A DNA stretch of 56,460 nucleotides from an uncultured Candidatus Saccharibacteria bacterium (GTDB taxonomy: Bacteria; Patescibacteriota; Minisyncoccia; Portnoybacterales; UBA2143): positions 1 through 56,460 of the forward strand of contig CAZKWY010000002.1 of assembly GCA_964556655.1 (NCBI GenBank). Reading direction: 5' to 3'. Positions 28,229 through 37,797 of the stretch are shown piece after piece. The notes under the pieces were generated by a model. The model saw only the letters and a list, made by a program, of their open reading frames with translations, did no database searches and was not told the DNA's origin. A program made the position numbers and the translations under genes. The stretch's first letter is position 1; each line of letters starts with the position of its first letter.

Positions 28229-28291
28229 GCTTTTCTAGCTAATTTATATGCTATTCTACCATTTTCCCTCACAATAATCAATCAACACCCC

Positions 28292-28360
28292 CAGGACTGT
28301 CCTTCAAGGACAGTCCTGCGAAGGAGTGTCAAAAAAGGACTGTCCTTTAAGGACAGTCCT
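28292..28360. repeat. Two tandem copies of a nested palindrome (AGGACTGTCCTT-N-AAGGACAGTCCT)
   Basis: The copies at 28293-28317 and 28336-28360 are perfect 12-bp inverted repeats with a 1-nt centre. Each arm contains the 9-bp palindrome GGAC(T/A)GTCC. The copies are 43 bp apart, just 3' of the tRNA. Confidence 0.85.
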
Positions 28361-28367
28361 GTGAAGG

Positions 28368-28441
28368 TGGTAGGGGTAGAGGGAATCGAACCCCCATCAA
28401 TAGGTTAAAAGCCTACTGCTCTACCATTGAGCTATACCCCC
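28368..28441 (-). tRNA. tRNA-Lys (anticodon UUU), CCA encoded
   Basis: Cloverleaf read by hand: acceptor GGGGGTA/TACCCCT, D-arm GCTC-AATGGTA-GAGC, anticodon arm GTAGG-CTTTTAA-CCTAT, T-arm GGGGG-TTCGATT-CCCTC, then ACCA. Confidence 0.85.
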
Positions 28442-28496
28442 GTTATGCTTTAACAGATTAATGCTTTTTTTCTAATTTATCAACCTTTTTAGCTTT

Positions 28497-29042
28497 TTAA
28501 TCGTCGCTTTTCTTTTTACGCCTCATTAACACAAGAACCAGAATAGGAAAAGTAGTCCAAATAAAGCTTGCCCCAGAACCAATGAAAATCTTCTTTACTA
28601 ATCCGTCTAATTCATTAATGTTTTCTGGCGAGAGAAAAGAGAGCATAGCCATGGCTAGAAAACCAACTTGGACAATACTCAAAAGAAACAATTGCCACCA
28701 AGCAGCCCCTCCTCTTTTCTTTATCCTCAAAGTAGAGCTTAGAATAGACCTGGGAATAAGGAAATAAAAGATCAGAATGATGCCGGAAAAGACCAATATC
28801 TTAAGCGAGGAAGAAGGTTCTTGACCGATGCCTAGCCATTTGAGTTGGGCCAATCTTTCCCATGGCAAAACTCGGACGATAAGAAGGGAAAAATAACTAC
28901 TCAATAAAAGAACGACCATGCGGTTACGTCCCAGAAAAAGCCCGTAAGCCAGGACAGCTAGAAGAAGAATTAGGCCGATAAAGATATCCCATCCAGAAGC
29001 CATCCCTAATTGAAAATTAGTTAAAAAAGCTCGAATAGCCAT
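28497..29042 (-). CDS. Hypothetical polytopic membrane protein
   Basis: Four or five hydrophobic helices and a basic C-terminus. No family motif recognised. Confidence 0.5.
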   Translation of the reverse strand: MAIRAFLTNFQLGMASGWDIFIGLILLLAVLAYGLFLGRNRMVVLLLSSYFSLLIVRVLPWERLAQLKWLGIGQEPSSSLKILVFSGIILIFYFLIPRSILSSTLRIKKRGGAAWWQLFLLSIVQVGFLAMAMLSFLSPENINELDGLVKKIFIGSGASFIWTTFPILVLVLMRRKKKSDD

Positions 29043-29055
29043 AAGTTTTATGCTT

Positions 29056-30138
29056 TTAATCTAATTGTTTTATAATTCTTTTTTGTTCTCTAGAAAGATG
29101 CTTAGGAACTTCCACTTGTATTTTAATAATGAGATCGCCCTTCCCCCGGCCATAAAGCTTAGGCATGCCTTTGCCTTTTAATCTAATTTGCTCTCCTGGC
29201 TGAATACCAGCAGGAATTTTTACTAGAACAGGTTTTTCTAAAGTCGCTATTTTTATTTTATCACCTAAAGCGGCCTGTGAAAAGTTAACCGTCAGATTTT
29301 TTATCAAATTCTCTCCTTGCCTTCGAATCTCTTTATGAGGTAAAACGTGAATATTGACAAAGAAATCTCCCGCCGGGCTACCATGCGCTCCTGCTTCTCC
29401 TTGCCCTGCCAATCTTAGGGTTTGACCGTCTTCAATGCCAGCTGGTACTTTGATTTTTATCTTCTTTTCTTGTTTGATTCTTCCTTGGCCAAAACATTGA
29501 TCGCATTTTTTCTCTGGAATTTCTCCTCTGCCATGGCATTCAGAGCAAGGAGCTTGCTGAATAAAGACTCCGAAAAGACCGCTGGCTCTTCTTTGGCTAT
29601 AGCCTGTCCCTTGGCAATGAGGACATTTTTTCATAGAGAATCCTCCTTTGCCCTGACAAGCAGAACAAGTTTCTAATTTTCTCAAACTAATCTCCTTTTC
29701 TAGCCCATTAAAAGCATCTGCTAGGTTGATCTCTAAATCTACTACAATATCATCGCCATAAACAGTCTTTTCTCTTTTTCTTCCTCTGCTAAAGCCAAAA
29801 ATTTCTTCAAAAATCTTATCAAAGCCTAGATCTTCAAAGCCCCTTTGTCCGCCAAAGGCATCGTAAAAATGGCTGAAATCTTGCCGGGAAAACCCCTGCT
29901 GACCAAAGTCTGATTCTTCAAAAGCCTGACCATAGCGGTCATACTGTTCCCGCTTTTCTTTATTAGAAAGCACTCGGTAAGCTTGGCTAATCTCTTTAAA
30001 TCTAGTTTCGTATTCGTTTTTTTTATCTTCTGGGGCGCGATCAGGATGATATTTCAAAGCCATTTTGCGATAGGCTTTTTTTATCTCTTCTTCAGAAGAA
30101 TTTTTGTTTACCCCCAAAATTTCATAATAGTCCTTCAT
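29056..30138 (-). CDS. dnaJ: Molecular chaperone DnaJ
   Basis: J-domain [23 protein letters not shown], a G/F region, and four CxxCxGxG zinc-finger repeats. Confidence 0.9.
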   Translation of the reverse strand: MKDYYEILGVNKNSSEEEIKKAYRKMALKYHPDRAPEDKKNEYETRFKEISQAYRVLSNKEKREQYDRYGQAFEESDFGQQGFSRQDFSHFYDAFGGQRGFEDLGFDKIFEEIFGFSRGRKREKTVYGDDIVVDLEINLADAFNGLEKEISLRKLETCSACQGKGGFSMKKCPHCQGTGYSQRRASGLFGVFIQQAPCSECHGRGEIPEKKCDQCFGQGRIKQEKKIKIKVPAGIEDGQTLRLAGQGEAGAHGSPAGDFFVNIHVLPHKEIRRQGENLIKNLTVNFSQAALGDKIKIATLEKPVLVKIPAGIQPGEQIRLKGKGMPKLYGRGKGDLIIKIQVEVPKHLSREQKRIIKQLD

Positions 30139-30198
30139 AATAAAAAAAATTAAAACCTTGGAAAAGCAAGACGCTGTAATGAAAATCTTTTAATAAGT

Positions 30199-31029
30199 TT
30201 AAATCTTTATAACCTCTTTGGCAACGCTTTCCTCTTTAATCTCGATAGCACCTATTATTTTCAAAATTTTAAAAATAGCCAAACTGACAAAAATGGTCAA
30301 CCAAATAAAAAGCACGCCAATCGCCTTTAGAGCAAAGAAAACTCCCAAAGCTACTCCCAAAGAAAGGAAATCGCTATAGCTTTGGCTAAACCTATTAATG
30401 CGCTGGTTAACTGCCTGATAAAGATCCTCTTTTATTTCTCCTCCTTTTTTCATAATTCCGCTTTCATTAGCGTCGGCAGATTTGTAAAATCCCATGTTAA
30501 GAGCTTCTTCGGCAAATTGGCCCTCCAAAGATTCGATGAAAGGACCTATTGCTTTTTCAAATAGAGGACGCGGAATTTTTATCTCGCTTTTTCCCTGAAT
30601 AGCCAGAGGAGAAAAATAATAAGCCATGGTGATAATTAATGCTAGGGCGGTAATGGTCAGCGGCAGCCCGCGCTTAATAATTTTAGAAGGTTGGATTTTA
30701 ATTCTTGCTTGCTTTTCGTTAACAGCCTGATAAGAAGCAAAAGCCATTATCAAAAAGGCAATAGCCAGCACCAGAAGATATTGCCATCGCCATCCAAAGG
30801 CAAAAAAGAAAGTAATTAACATAAAAAACAAGGCTACTGCTAAAACTCTTTTCACTTCTGTTAAGATCCAAGAAAAAGACAAAAAAACGGCAATGGCTAA
30901 AAATCCTAAAAGAGGCCACTGCCACAGACCATCGCCGTATAAGAAATTTTTTAAACCGATCCAAGTAAAAGCAGAGATTAAAGTCACTGCTCCAACAACG
31001 ATTGATTGAGTAACCCTGTTAATACGCAT
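30199..31029 (-). CDS. Hypothetical polytopic membrane protein
   Basis: Multiple TM helices at both ends around a soluble loop. No motif recognised. Confidence 0.5.
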   Translation of the reverse strand: MRINRVTQSIVVGAVTLISAFTWIGLKNFLYGDGLWQWPLLGFLAIAVFLSFSWILTEVKRVLAVALFFMLITFFFAFGWRWQYLLVLAIAFLIMAFASYQAVNEKQARIKIQPSKIIKRGLPLTITALALIITMAYYFSPLAIQGKSEIKIPRPLFEKAIGPFIESLEGQFAEEALNMGFYKSADANESGIMKKGGEIKEDLYQAVNQRINRFSQSYSDFLSLGVALGVFFALKAIGVLFIWLTIFVSLAIFKILKIIGAIEIKEESVAKEVIKI

Positions 31030-31050
31030 TTTCTATAATTATAAGGCAAG

Positions 31051-32151
31051 TCAAGCGTATTTTAAAGTAATTCTTTCCACAATCTTATCCCAGCTGTAAT
31101 TGCGAATGCAATATTGCTTTATTTCCCGAGACCTTTTATCAAGCATGATTTGGTTTTTCAACAAAAGATCTAGTTTTTCTTTAAGGTCTTGGACGCTTTT
31201 GTTCTTAAAGAAAAAAGGCAGATCCATAAGCATTTTTTGATGGACAATAATATCTGACAGAAGCAGTGTTCTGCCAAAGCTAGCTGCTTCCAAAACGCCT
31301 AAAGGAAGGCCTTCTTCTTCAGAGGGGTGAACAAAAATAGCCGCGTTGCTGTAAAGCTCATTAAGAACTTGCCCTTTTCTAAGGCCTAAAAAGATAATCC
31401 TAGAATCATTGCGCGCTAAATTTTTTAAATAAGCTTCATAGTCTTCGGTGTGAAAAGAAGGGCCAACGATAACTAGCTTTTTATCCGTCTCTATTTTTTT
31501 GAAAGCATTAATCAAATAGTGAATCCCCTTATGGCGCACCAGTCGAGTCACCGCCAAGATATAATTATTTTTTTTAAGTTCCCATTTTTTGATAAGATGG
31601 GCAGAAAAATGTTTTTCACGATTAACTCCGTTAGGAATAAAAACCGCTTTTTTATTATACCTTCTTTTTACATATTTTTGAATTTCAGGAGAAACAGCGA
31701 TAATCTCATCTGCTAAACGACAACCAATTTTTTCTCCCAGCAATAAGGAAAAGCGCGCCGCCCGCCCCCATTTTTTATGATAATAATCGCGACAATGAAA
31801 AGTAAAGATAATTTTAGCGCTGGGAATAAAAATTTTAGCCAAAAAAATACATATAGCTGGACCAATGCCATGATAGTGAATGATATGAGGCCTTAAGAAA
31901 AAAATAGCATGACAAGTAGATAAAAAAGTATGGCTGATAGCGTCAATATGTTTAGTTTTTATTGAAGGCAAGTGAACAATATTTACCTTCTTGTATTTCT
32001 TAATCTTTTTGGAGGTATAATAACTTCTCGCATAAACATAAACATGGCAGGTTTTTTCTTTCGCCAAACGCTTTGAGATTTCCTCCACATGTCTTTCTAC
32101 TCCGCCAAAAAGAGTAGGAATGCCTTTTTGTCCAATCATAGCTATTTTCAT
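31051..32151 (-). CDS. Glycosyltransferase family 4 (GT-B fold)
   Basis: MKIAMIGQKGIPTLFGGVERHV N-terminus and the EEGLPLGVLEAASFG (E-x7-E type) C-terminal motif. Confidence 0.8.
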   Translation of the reverse strand: MKIAMIGQKGIPTLFGGVERHVEEISKRLAKEKTCHVYVYARSYYTSKKIKKYKKVNIVHLPSIKTKHIDAISHTFLSTCHAIFFLRPHIIHYHGIGPAICIFLAKIFIPSAKIIFTFHCRDYYHKKWGRAARFSLLLGEKIGCRLADEIIAVSPEIQKYVKRRYNKKAVFIPNGVNREKHFSAHLIKKWELKKNNYILAVTRLVRHKGIHYLINAFKKIETDKKLVIVGPSFHTEDYEAYLKNLARNDSRIIFLGLRKGQVLNELYSNAAIFVHPSEEEGLPLGVLEAASFGRTLLLSDIIVHQKMLMDLPFFFKNKSVQDLKEKLDLLLKNQIMLDKRSREIKQYCIRNYSWDKIVERITLKYA

Positions 32152-32155
32152 ATTT

Positions 32156-33502
32156 CTATAAACTAAAAGACTCCAGCCAGTCAGCTTCTATTCGTTGTTC
32201 TTTAATTTTTTCTTGGCCGTTCTCTTTAATGATTACCTTTAAAGGAAATTTTCCCATTCCGCTTTGTTTTTGGACAAGAAGCTGGTTAATTTCTTCTTTT
32301 CCAAATCCTTCGGGAAGCAAATATTTTATTTCAATAACTTCTTTCTGTCCTGTAGAAATTACTATCCATGAGCCAAAAACTGTTTTGTTAAGATCTTTAG
32401 TTATATCTATTTTGCTCTCTGAGTCATCCGCAGACAAAAGCTTGCTTCCTAAAGGAGCATAAACTTTTAAATAAGCGCGATAGTCTCCGCTGAACCAATT
32501 TTTATTTTCTCCTTGATGATGGTAGCCAAGAATGATCTTTGCTTCAGGCCTAGCTTTGTCTAGATCTATTAAATATTCTGCTTCTCTTTTGATGAAATAA
32601 TTGCTTTTTTTGCCGCCCAAATTCGCTTCTACAATCATTAAATAATTATCGCTCCAATTCTCGTCTATTTTTCCTGCCCAGTCCATTTCTTTTATTCTTT
32701 CCTGTAGTTCTTCATCAGGAAAGAAAAGCATAAGATTTTTTTTCTCCAGATGGCTTAAAAGAAAGGACCTAAATTTTTCTTCTTTCCATAAACCGCTTTC
32801 TTCAATATGGCTGACGGCCTTTTTGACAAGGGCCTTAAAAATACTCTTTCTTTCTCCGTCCTCAATTCCTCTAGCCACATATCCTTTTTCTACTTCATAT
32901 TCAAGCTGATATAAGACATCCCCTGCCTTAAACTCTTTATTGTAATCTGCCAGAAACAATGGACCGGTTATTTCCAGCAAGCCTGGCAAAAGGGCGGCAT
33001 TTACGCCGATAATGCCATCGAATCTTTCTTTGCCTCCTTGTAAATGATAAAAATACTCTGCCTTTTGGGCGGAAGTTGGAAAATCAGGAGACCAGTTGCT
33101 ATCTCTCATTTGCCAATTAGTAATGTTTAAATAATCTCTAAGAGGCAGGGGCGGCATTGTTTGAACCTTGCCAAAGCCATCAAAAATATTGGTGTCGTGA
33201 ATGCCTAGAGCAGTAATTTGTCCGTTCTTGACTTTAGCAATGCCAAAATTTCCTAAATAGCCGCCACTAGGACGAAGCTCTAAATTGTTTTGAAACAAAA
33301 TTAAGTATGTTTTTTCTTCATCAAAACCGCTCACCCGATAAAGAGATTTCAGCCAGACAAGCTGATCTATCCCGGTCAGATGAGAAAGACCGTTTTGGAA
33401 ATTGCCAGCCAGCCAGCCATTAGCAACAAAGAAAAATCCGCCTACCAACGCTAGCAGAAGACAAAAAACAATTAATATTTTATTGGCCCAAGACTCTTTC
33501 AT
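32156..33502 (-). CDS. DUF4012-like membrane-anchored protein
   Basis: N-terminal TM helix plus FQNNLELRPSGGYLGNFG, which I recall as the hallmark LRPxGG motif of DUF4012. It overlaps the upstream GT gene by 23 nt. Confidence 0.65.
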   Translation of the reverse strand: MKESWANKILIVFCLLLALVGGFFFVANGWLAGNFQNGLSHLTGIDQLVWLKSLYRVSGFDEEKTYLILFQNNLELRPSGGYLGNFGIAKVKNGQITALGIHDTNIFDGFGKVQTMPPLPLRDYLNITNWQMRDSNWSPDFPTSAQKAEYFYHLQGGKERFDGIIGVNAALLPGLLEITGPLFLADYNKEFKAGDVLYQLEYEVEKGYVARGIEDGERKSIFKALVKKAVSHIEESGLWKEEKFRSFLLSHLEKKNLMLFFPDEELQERIKEMDWAGKIDENWSDNYLMIVEANLGGKKSNYFIKREAEYLIDLDKARPEAKIILGYHHQGENKNWFSGDYRAYLKVYAPLGSKLLSADDSESKIDITKDLNKTVFGSWIVISTGQKEVIEIKYLLPEGFGKEEINQLLVQKQSGMGKFPLKVIIKENGQEKIKEQRIEADWLESFSL

Positions 33503-34736
33503 ATATTGATAATATTTTTTGATAATGTTTTTGGGAATAATATTCTTCTTTTGCCTTTTTCAGTCCTCTCTTTCCCATGATTGCTGTTTCTTTTTGGTTA
33601 TTAGCCGCCCAAATAATTTTTTTGGCTAACTCTTTTTGGTCTCCTAAGCTGAATAACAGACCAGTTTTTTCTTCATCAATCATTTCTTCCAATCCTCCTA
33701 CCCGAGAGGCAATCACCGGCTTGGCTAAGGCATAACTTTCTAAAACAGTATAGGGGAAATTTTCCGGCCAGAGAGAAGGAGCTATTATCGCCAAAGACTG
33801 ACTAATAATATCTTTAAGCTTCCTGCCTTTTTTGACTCCTATCAATTCTATGTTTCGGTGCCCTTTTATAGCTTTCTCAATTTTCTCTTTTTCCGGTCCT
33901 TCTCCTGCTATTTTTAATTTTATTTCTCCTAGTTCGCTGGCGGCAGTTTTAAAAGATTCTATCAAAAAATCTATTCCTTTTTCTCTGCTTAACCGACCAA
34001 AGAAAAGGAAGTAAGCTGGTCCCTCTTTGGAGTTTAATTTTTCCCCATCGAGGCCCTCATCTGTCTCAATAAAATTGGATACACGAGAAATTTTTTCTTG
34101 AGGAATCCCCCATTTTAAAGCCTGTTCCTCCATAAAGCGGCTCGGAGCAATAAAAAAATCTATTTGCTCGGCTGTCTTTAAAATATCCTTATGCCACTTG
34201 CTTTCTAGATACCCGCCGATGCTTTTAAAATAAGAGCTTTTAACGCACTTCTTCTTTATAGCCTGCCGATAATGACCGTTAGTTAAACAATCAAAACATG
34301 CTTGCCCTTGGCTAAAAAAAGTATAATTAGGACAAAACATCTTATAGTCATGCAGGGTCATTATTACCGGAATGTGGTGCTTTTTAAGGGAAAAAATAAT
34401 AGACGGGGAAAGCTGGCTAAAAATATTATGCAGGTGCGCCAAGGCAGGCCTTTCTCTTTTAATAACTTTTTCTAATTTTCTCTTTGCCGGCCAGTTCCAA
34501 AATAATCTAAATAATTTAGCGGGTTTTTTTAATTCTTTCAATAGATTTTCCTTTTTTGAAAAATCGCTGTCTGGAGCAAAATCATTTTCATTAGCTGCCC
34601 TAAAATTATTTTTATGGCGAACGCTCCAGGCAATTACGGAATGCCCATTTTTAGCTAAAAGATTAGAAAGGTCAAAAAAATATTTTTCCGATCCTCCTTT
34701 TAGAAAAAAGAATTTATTAATCTGAATTATTTTCAT
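33480..34736 (-). CDS. Glycosyltransferase family 4 (GT-B fold)
   Basis: MKIIQINKFFFLKGGSEKY N-terminus and the ENFPYTVLESYALAKPVIASRVGGLEEMI motif. Confidence 0.8.
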   Translation of the reverse strand: MKIIQINKFFFLKGGSEKYFFDLSNLLAKNGHSVIAWSVRHKNNFRAANENDFAPDSDFSKKENLLKELKKPAKLFRLFWNWPAKRKLEKVIKRERPALAHLHNIFSQLSPSIIFSLKKHHIPVIMTLHDYKMFCPNYTFFSQGQACFDCLTNGHYRQAIKKKCVKSSYFKSIGGYLESKWHKDILKTAEQIDFFIAPSRFMEEQALKWGIPQEKISRVSNFIETDEGLDGEKLNSKEGPAYFLFFGRLSREKGIDFLIESFKTAASELGEIKLKIAGEGPEKEKIEKAIKGHRNIELIGVKKGRKLKDIISQSLAIIAPSLWPENFPYTVLESYALAKPVIASRVGGLEEMIDEEKTGLLFSLGDQKELAKKIIWAANNQKETAIMGKRGLKKAKEEYYSQKHYQKILSIYERVLGQ

Positions 34737-34739
34737 ATT

Positions 34740-35813
34740 CTAAAAAGAGATAAAACGTTTTAAAAAAGAAGAGCTTGCTCGGCTATCCAGGCATTTTCTA
34801 TCTATAAATGGTTTTTTTTGTTTTTTTAAAAAAAGAGCAATTTTTCTTTTTAAAATCCAAATAATTACTTTGAAAAAATGCTTTCTCATCGCTTCTCGGG
34901 CAGTGCAGATCATCCAATGGCTAGGCCTCCGATAGTCCTTTATTTTGTTTTTCGCGCGTTGGCTAAAATCAGACCAGTTCTTGATATTTCCCAACTGGCC
35001 CAGCTCTACCTCCCACACGCTTGAAGGATAAAGACGGCCAAAAGGATCAATAAAAAGAGATTTTACGCCGGAATAATCAGGCAAGATTCTCCCCTTTTTT
35101 TCTATGAAATAAATCAGTCCGTAAGCAAAATAAGCTCTTAGCCATTTTTTAGGGAAAAAGCTAGCAAGTTCTTGTTCTATCAGCCAATTAAGTTCTTTTT
35201 TAATGGCTTCTATCTTTCTAATTTCGTTTTCCTGAGTGCTGAAATAATGGGAAGAATTATGATAAGCAGCTATAGTAAATTCCGCCCCTATTTCTTTGCT
35301 CAAACGGTAGACTTTTTTAAGCTGGTCAATATTCTGATCTCCTAAGGTAAAAGCGATTTTTAAATCCTTTATCCCCATTTCTTTTAAGCTATTAAGCGTT
35401 TCTAGAGAGAGACAGAAGCCTCCATAAAACCCCCTTAGGTCTTCGTGTTTTTTGCCAAAACCGTCCAAAGAAACAGCTACGCTAATATCTTTTTTAAACC
35501 TAATAATTTTAGCCATCTGCTGCTTAATTAAAGCTGGCGCAAACCCATTAGTAGAAATAATAATTTTAGCTCTAGGGCACTGGCGAGAAATGCTTTTAAT
35601 AAGTTCGGGCAAGTCTTTTCTTAGGAACGGTTCGCCACCACTAATATTGACATTTTTTAAACTACGTGGTAATATTTTACAGTCTTGAGATAAAAGCGAG
35701 TAAGTCTCTTTTTTCTTCCAGATATTGCAAAAAGAGCAACGAGCGTTGCACTGGTAGGTTACAGCAAGAACGACATCTTTTATCGTATTTTTGTTTCTAA
35801 AAAAGTTTTTCAT
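34740..35813 (-). CDS. Radical SAM protein
   Basis: CNARCSFCNIW (CxxxCxxC) near the N-terminus, then GGEPFL. A hydrophobic/basic C-terminal tail follows and I see no SPASM cysteines. Confidence 0.8.
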   Translation of the reverse strand: MKNFFRNKNTIKDVVLAVTYQCNARCSFCNIWKKKETYSLLSQDCKILPRSLKNVNISGGEPFLRKDLPELIKSISRQCPRAKIIISTNGFAPALIKQQMAKIIRFKKDISVAVSLDGFGKKHEDLRGFYGGFCLSLETLNSLKEMGIKDLKIAFTLGDQNIDQLKKVYRLSKEIGAEFTIAAYHNSSHYFSTQENEIRKIEAIKKELNWLIEQELASFFPKKWLRAYFAYGLIYFIEKKGRILPDYSGVKSLFIDPFGRLYPSSVWEVELGQLGNIKNWSDFSQRAKNKIKDYRRPSHWMICTAREAMRKHFFKVIIWILKRKIALFLKKQKKPFIDRKCLDSRASSSFLKRFISF

Positions 35814-35836
35814 TTTTGCTTATTCTACTAAAAATT

Positions 35837-37078
35837 ATGGAAAATGTCAATAGTAAAAAACGATTTTTCCCCTTTTATTTCCTTCTTTTTTTGATTTTAG
35901 TAAGACCGTCTTTAGATATTATCGGCGAATGGGAAATAAGCTTATCTAAAAACTTTCCTTCTTTTAATATTAATATTATTCTTGGTTTTTTTGTTTTCTT
36001 TTTTAGCGCCTTTTTTCTGTTAAAAAATATCAAAAAAACTGTCCGAACTCCCCTTTTCTGGCCCATAGCCACTTTTTTGACTGTTTTATCAGCAAGTATC
36101 TTTTATTCCATGGATCCTACGGCAAGCTTGCGAGAGATCATCCGTCTTGCTACTATTTTCTTTCTTTATCTTCTTGCTTATCAGGTAATAAGTAATAAAA
36201 AAGATTTTTACCTTCTGGTTAAAGTCGTTCTTTTAAGCTATCTGCTCCCTTCTTTGGCGGCTCTTTTCCAATATTTCTTTGGCCTTGGCTTATCTGACCA
36301 ATTCGGTGGTTTTCAAAGAGTTTATGGAACCTTTGCTCACCCTAATCCTTTTGCCTTTTACAGCTTTCTTATTGTTTCGCTTTCTTTGGCTCTTGGCCTA
36401 AAAAAGATTAGCCAAGAGCCAAAAAATAACCAGGGAAACAACCTTTTATTTATCGTTCTTATTTTTGTCTTTTCTTTGTTTGTCCTTTTTGTCACTCATA
36501 CTAGAAGTGCTTTGGCCTGCTTAGCTGTTTTAATTTTTGTTCTAGGACTTTTTAAATACAGAAAAATCTTTCTTTTTGGCTTTCTTTTATTTCTGGGAGT
36601 TTATCTTTTTTCTGAAGTTTTTCAGCAAAGGATATGGGAGCTTATCAGCTTAGATCCCTATGGTTCTGTTGTTTGGCGTTTCCGCCTATGGGAAGATATG
36701 CTCCCCCTCTTTTTGTGGCAGCCCTTTATCGGCTACGGCTTAGAAACTTTTACTAAATTGGCTGAATTTTATCGCGGTTTTAAATGGGGCAGTCTTGAGG
36801 CTCATAACGATTATTTAAAGATTTTGATTGAAAACGGCATTCTTGGTCTTATCTCTTATCTGTGGCTTATGCTCGCCGTTCTCTTTTTTCTCTTTAAAAA
36901 ATTTACTCAATCTCAAAAAGAACAAAAAACAATGGCCTTGGTTATCTTCACTGTTTTTCTTTCTCTCTTTATCGCTGCTTCTTTTGATAATCTTCTTCAT
37001 GCTACCGCCCTCCAATGGAATCTCTGGATAATCATCGCCTCTTGGCTAAAAACCACCCACCGAGGACTGTCATTCTAG
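35837..37078 (+). CDS. O-antigen ligase/polymerase-like (Wzy_C family) membrane protein
   Basis: Many TM helices, THTRSALA, and an IGYGLETF loop. The ATG at 35837 is preferred over the track's TTG at 35816. The last codons and the stop lie inside a palindromic repeat. Confidence 0.7.
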   Translation: MENVNSKKRFFPFYFLLFLILVRPSLDIIGEWEISLSKNFPSFNINIILGFFVFFFSAFFLLKNIKKTVRTPLFWPIATFLTVLSASIFYSMDPTASLREIIRLATIFFLYLLAYQVISNKKDFYLLVKVVLLSYLLPSLAALFQYFFGLGLSDQFGGFQRVYGTFAHPNPFAFYSFLIVSLSLALGLKKISQEPKNNQGNNLLFIVLIFVFSLFVLFVTHTRSALACLAVLIFVLGLFKYRKIFLFGFLLFLGVYLFSEVFQQRIWELISLDPYGSVVWRFRLWEDMLPLFLWQPFIGYGLETFTKLAEFYRGFKWGSLEAHNDYLKILIENGILGLISYLWLMLAVLFFLFKKFTQSQKEQKTMALVIFTVFLSLFIAASFDNLLHATALQWNLWIIIASWLKTTHRGLSF

Positions 37079-37129
37079 GACAGTCCTAAAATTACAGTCC
37101 TTCAAGGACTGTCCTAAAAGGACTGTCCT
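37063..37129. repeat. Cluster of GGAC(T/A)GTCC nested palindromes (same family as 28292-28360)
   Basis: 37063-37087 reads AGGACTGTCattctaGGACAGTCCT. 37094-37112 reads ACAGTCCTTcAAGGACTGT. An extra AGGACTGTCCT unit lies at 37119-37129. Confidence 0.85.
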
Positions 37130-37137
37130 AAAAGAAG

Positions 37138-37175
37138 AAGCCCTGTCGCTTTCCGCAACAGGGCTTATTTTTTTT
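37138..37175. terminator. Bidirectional rho-independent terminator
   Basis: AAGCCCTGT-cgctttccgca-ACAGGGCTT followed by ATTTTTTTT on the plus strand and CTTCTTCTTTT on the minus strand. It lies between convergent genes. Confidence 0.7.
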
Positions 37176-37725
37176 ATGGCCGAGTGGAGTAGTCCCTCGG
37201 CACCTTGATTATTTTTTCTTTCTTTTCATTCACCAGGACTTCGTATCCTGGCTTATTGTCGAGGTCATATCGGCAATAGGGGCTTTTTTGATCTATCCAA
37301 AGCCAATTGCCGGAAATTTTGTCTCTCCCCCAGACTCTGACCCAATGCCATCCGTTCCCTTTCTCGGAAAGAGAACAGATGCCCTTTAGCCTACCGCCCT
37401 CCATGGAGGTAGGTATGGAATAGTCTTCCCTGGGGAGGGAAAACCATTTCTTCCCATCCGTCCAGAAGACACTGGCATAGAGTTGCCAGTGAGGATTACT
37501 TATGTTTGACCCCTCCTTTTCTAGCTGCCATTTAATAATAGGGACTTGAAAGACAACCTTGCCTTCCATGACCTCTATCATGAACATCTCGTGTACAAGG
37601 CTGCTTTCATAGTCGCCTTTTTCTGGGACCCCTTCTGGGATCCCAGAACCGGAACTAAATGCTTGAATGGGGATAAACATCCCCACAAAAGCAACAATTG
37701 CCGTCCACAAAACTACTTTTTTCAT
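37174..37725 (-). CDS. Hypothetical secreted Trp-rich protein (183 aa)
   Basis: Signal peptide MKKVVLWTAIVAFVGMFIPIQAFS. A strong SD (AAGAGGAGG) lies 6 nt before the ATG. No family motif recognised. Confidence 0.6.
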   Translation of the reverse strand: MKKVVLWTAIVAFVGMFIPIQAFSSGSGIPEGVPEKGDYESSLVHEMFMIEVMEGKVVFQVPIIKWQLEKEGSNISNPHWQLYASVFWTDGKKWFSLPREDYSIPTSMEGGRLKGICSLSEKGNGWHWVRVWGRDKISGNWLWIDQKSPYCRYDLDNKPGYEVLVNEKKEKIIKVPRDYSTRP

Positions 37726-37797
37726 TTTTTTCCTCCTCTTTGTTTTCTTCGTTGTTTAGTTGTTTTGTGTTTTTTCGCTCGAACTCGAATATATATT

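Noticed and set aside
28292-28360. Possible CRISPR array or integron attC sites (also considered for 37063-37129)
   Set aside because: There are only two or three units per locus, with no regular repeat-spacer periodicity and no cas or intI genes. The units are perfect palindromes without attC-type core sites. They are reported as a palindromic repeat family instead.
28229-28496. tRNA-Lys as the integration site of a genomic island
   Set aside because: Both flanks carry core genes: the carboxypeptidase/mraY/ftsW/murG cluster on one side and a membrane protein plus dnaJ on the other. I found no integrase and no direct repeat of the tRNA 3' end.
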